The position numbers and the translations under genes are program-made. From NCBI RefSeq assembly GCF_020177375.1, contig NZ_JAIWHV010000015.1, positions 1 through 64,000 of the forward strand: DNA of 64,000 nucleotides, read 5' to 3'. The first letter of the stretch is position 1. Each line of letters begins with the position of its first letter. This DNA comes from Saliphagus infecundisoli (GTDB taxonomy: Archaea; Halobacteriota; Halobacteria; Halobacteriales; Natrialbaceae). The notes under the pieces are model-generated. The model did not search any database. It saw only the letters and a list, made by a program, of their open reading frames with translations, and was not told the DNA's origin. Positions 62,295 through 64,000 of this stretch are shown piece after piece.

Positions 62295-63326
62295 ATGCAC
62301 GATCGTAACGGCCTGTCTGAGCCGATCCGATGGGGCGTGATTGGTTGTGGCGATGTTCTCGAACGGAAGAGCGGTCCCTCGTTCGGCCAATCCGAACGAA
62401 GTCGCATTCAGGCCGTTGTCTCCAGCGACGGCGAGTCGGCAGCGCGCTACGCGAAGGTCCACGACGTGTCGGTCGCGACTGATGACGCCGAACAAGTCAT
62501 GACGGACCCCGAAATCGATGCCGTCTATATCGCGTCGCCGCCCGATACCCACGAGGAGTTTACCGTTGCCGCAGCCGAGGCTGGTAAACCGGTCCTCGTC
62601 GAGAAACCGATGGGACGGAGTGTCACAGAGGGGCGTGGCATGATCAATGCCTGCGATCGAGCTGGTGTCGAGTTGTTTGTCGCGTACTACCGGAGGTTCC
62701 ATCCTCATGTCGAGGAAATACGGTCGCTGCTCGCGGAGGGACGGATCGGTGAACCGGTGTCCGCCAGTGTCAACTACGCACACCCGCGACCGAACGACAG
62801 CGGATGGCGCGAAATGCCCGAGATCAGCGGCGGCGGCTGGTTCGTTGACGCGACCTCTCATCGCGTCGACCTCCTCTGTCACCTGCTGGGCGCGCCGACT
62901 GAGGCCACCGGCGTCGTCCGCTGTGATGCCGGAGACAGTCACACGGAGACGGCCGTCTCCCTTTCGCTCGCTGTCGCAGATGGTGTCTGCTGTACGGTTA
63001 CAAGTGATTTCGTCGGCGCGGGGTCGACCGACCGCTTCGTGATTCGAGGCACGGCGGGTTCGATCGTCGCCGAAACGCTGGATAGCGGCGATTTTACCTA
63101 CGAGGTCGCAGGAGAGTCGAGGAGTGTCGCATGCAACCAACCAGAAACGACACATGGGGGCCTCCTCGACCACGTCGAGGCCGTCCTTTTAGACGGGGAG
63201 ACGAACCGCTCGACCGGCCGGGACGCCATTCAGACAGAGGCGATCTTGGACAAGTGCGTCCGGAGTGTATACGCGGACGCGATCCCGACGACCGTGTGGG
63301 ATGGGTCGTTCCCTCTGACCGAGTGA
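62295..63326 (+). CDS. Gfo/Idh/MocA family oxidoreductase
   Basis: N-terminal IRWGVIGCGDV Rossmann motif and the EKP motif PVLVEKP. Confidence 0.85.
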   Translation: MHDRNGLSEPIRWGVIGCGDVLERKSGPSFGQSERSRIQAVVSSDGESAARYAKVHDVSVATDDAEQVMTDPEIDAVYIASPPDTHEEFTVAAAEAGKPVLVEKPMGRSVTEGRGMINACDRAGVELFVAYYRRFHPHVEEIRSLLAEGRIGEPVSASVNYAHPRPNDSGWREMPEISGGGWFVDATSHRVDLLCHLLGAPTEATGVVRCDAGDSHTETAVSLSLAVADGVCCTVTSDFVGAGSTDRFVIRGTAGSIVAETLDSGDFTYEVAGESRSVACNQPETTHGGLLDHVEAVLLDGETNRSTGRDAIQTEAILDKCVRSVYADAIPTTVWDGSFPLTE

Positions 63327-63380
63327 CACACGGGTGCTGTCGGCTCGCCGTCGGTACGGAATGGAGACCAACAGCCGAAT

Positions 63381-63757
63381 CTACCGGGGCGCGTTACTGC
63401 CGGCATATCCCTGTCGCAGCGCTTCGTGGCGCGTTGACGCGAGCTTCTCTTCGAGATACGGCTTGAGCGGCGTGAGTGTGCGGAGGCGATCGTCGGACCA
63501 CTCCTCACGCAACTGTGCGAGCGCGATATTGATTCCCTCCTGGACGTACATGTTGCGCTCGTCGCCTCCCTCGATCGGGATGTGCTCGTCGACGAATCGT
63601 CGTGTAACGCTTCGAAATCCTTCGCATTGTTCGAGACGAGGAGCACATCGTTCGTCCGACACCACTGCAGAAGATCTCGGTCGGTGGTCCGTTCACCGAA
63701 CCGGTCTTTCGCCTGGTGAACCTCGTACCCGCGTTCCCGAAGGACTCGCTCGAACAC
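63381..63757 (-). pseudogene. DUF5615 (PIN-like toxin partner of DUF433), frameshifted and lacking a canonical start
   Basis: The N-terminal part ILLDEHVSRVFERVLRERGYEVHQ..NDVLLVSNNAKDFEAL continues in another frame as RRFVDEHIPIEGG... around 63600-63620. Confidence 0.45.
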
Positions 63758-63795
63758 CCGACTGACATGCTCGTCGAGCAGGATCGACGTCTACG

Positions 63796-64000
63796 TCACG
63801 AAATGGGCTCTTTGGGTTTGATCGACGAGTCCCGAACGCGTTCGAACGCGGCCGCGTTGGCCCGATCGGCCGCTCGCATCTCCTCGGGATTGTCGTAATA
63901 GTACGAGAGCGCCTCGTACACTGACGCGAGCGAGCAGTCGAGTTGATCAGCGACGTACGCCGGTGGATGCCCGGCGTCGATCACTTTGCCGGCGACGTGG
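63796..64000 (-). CDS. DUF433 antitoxin-like protein (5' end beyond window)
   Basis: AYVADQLDCSLASVYEALSYYYDNPEE matches DUF433. The frame is open to the window edge. Confidence 0.6.
   Translation of the reverse strand, partial: HVAGKVIDAGHPPAYVADQLDCSLASVYEALSYYYDNPEEMRAADRANAAAFERVRDSSIKPKEPIS

Overview
High-GC (about 65%) haloarchaeal DNA: acidic proteins, Tat signals followed by lipobox Cys, frequent 4-bp start/stop overlaps. Almost all of the window is coding and it looks accessory or megaplasmid-like rather than core. It opens inside a 3'-truncated IS200/IS605 tnpB, followed by glycoside hydrolase, RDD protein, a zinc-ribbon/small-TM/RCK potassium channel locus, a Bat-type HTH regulator, SPFH and DUF4870 proteins. 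Next is a DUF1611 + cysteine-synthase-family + Asp/Glu racemase cluster. Past an AT-rich 500-bp gap lies an unusual redox cluster: two tandem FDP-like (ODP-type) MBL-fold paralogs, amidohydrolase_2 and Rieske, then SAF-oxidoreductase, AKR, Zn-ADH, PPC protein, 3-hydroxyacyl-CoA DH and VOC. This is followed by a sugar-acid catabolic island with four enolase-superfamily dehydratase paralogs, an IclR regulator, an RraA-like aldolase, Fe-ADH, SDR and D-2-hydroxyacid DH. An 8-kb sulfatase + sugar ABC transporter cassette is bracketed by two inverted copies of a MITE-like repeat. Then come MBL hydrolase, small regulators and membrane proteins, a Tat-secreted GH10 xylanase, a metal ABC-3 transporter, a full-length gyrB with no gyrA nearby, a PHP/DUF3604-like protein, an Ssu/NMT1-type ABC transporter and a low-GC islet with an unknown protein and a CARDB-repeat secreted protein. 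The window ends with a PadR-like regulator, a Gfo/Idh/MocA oxidoreductase and a decayed DUF5615/DUF433 toxin-antitoxin pair. No rRNA, tRNA or CRISPR array was recognised. My hand-counted coordinates of non-ORF features may be off by 1-2 nt.
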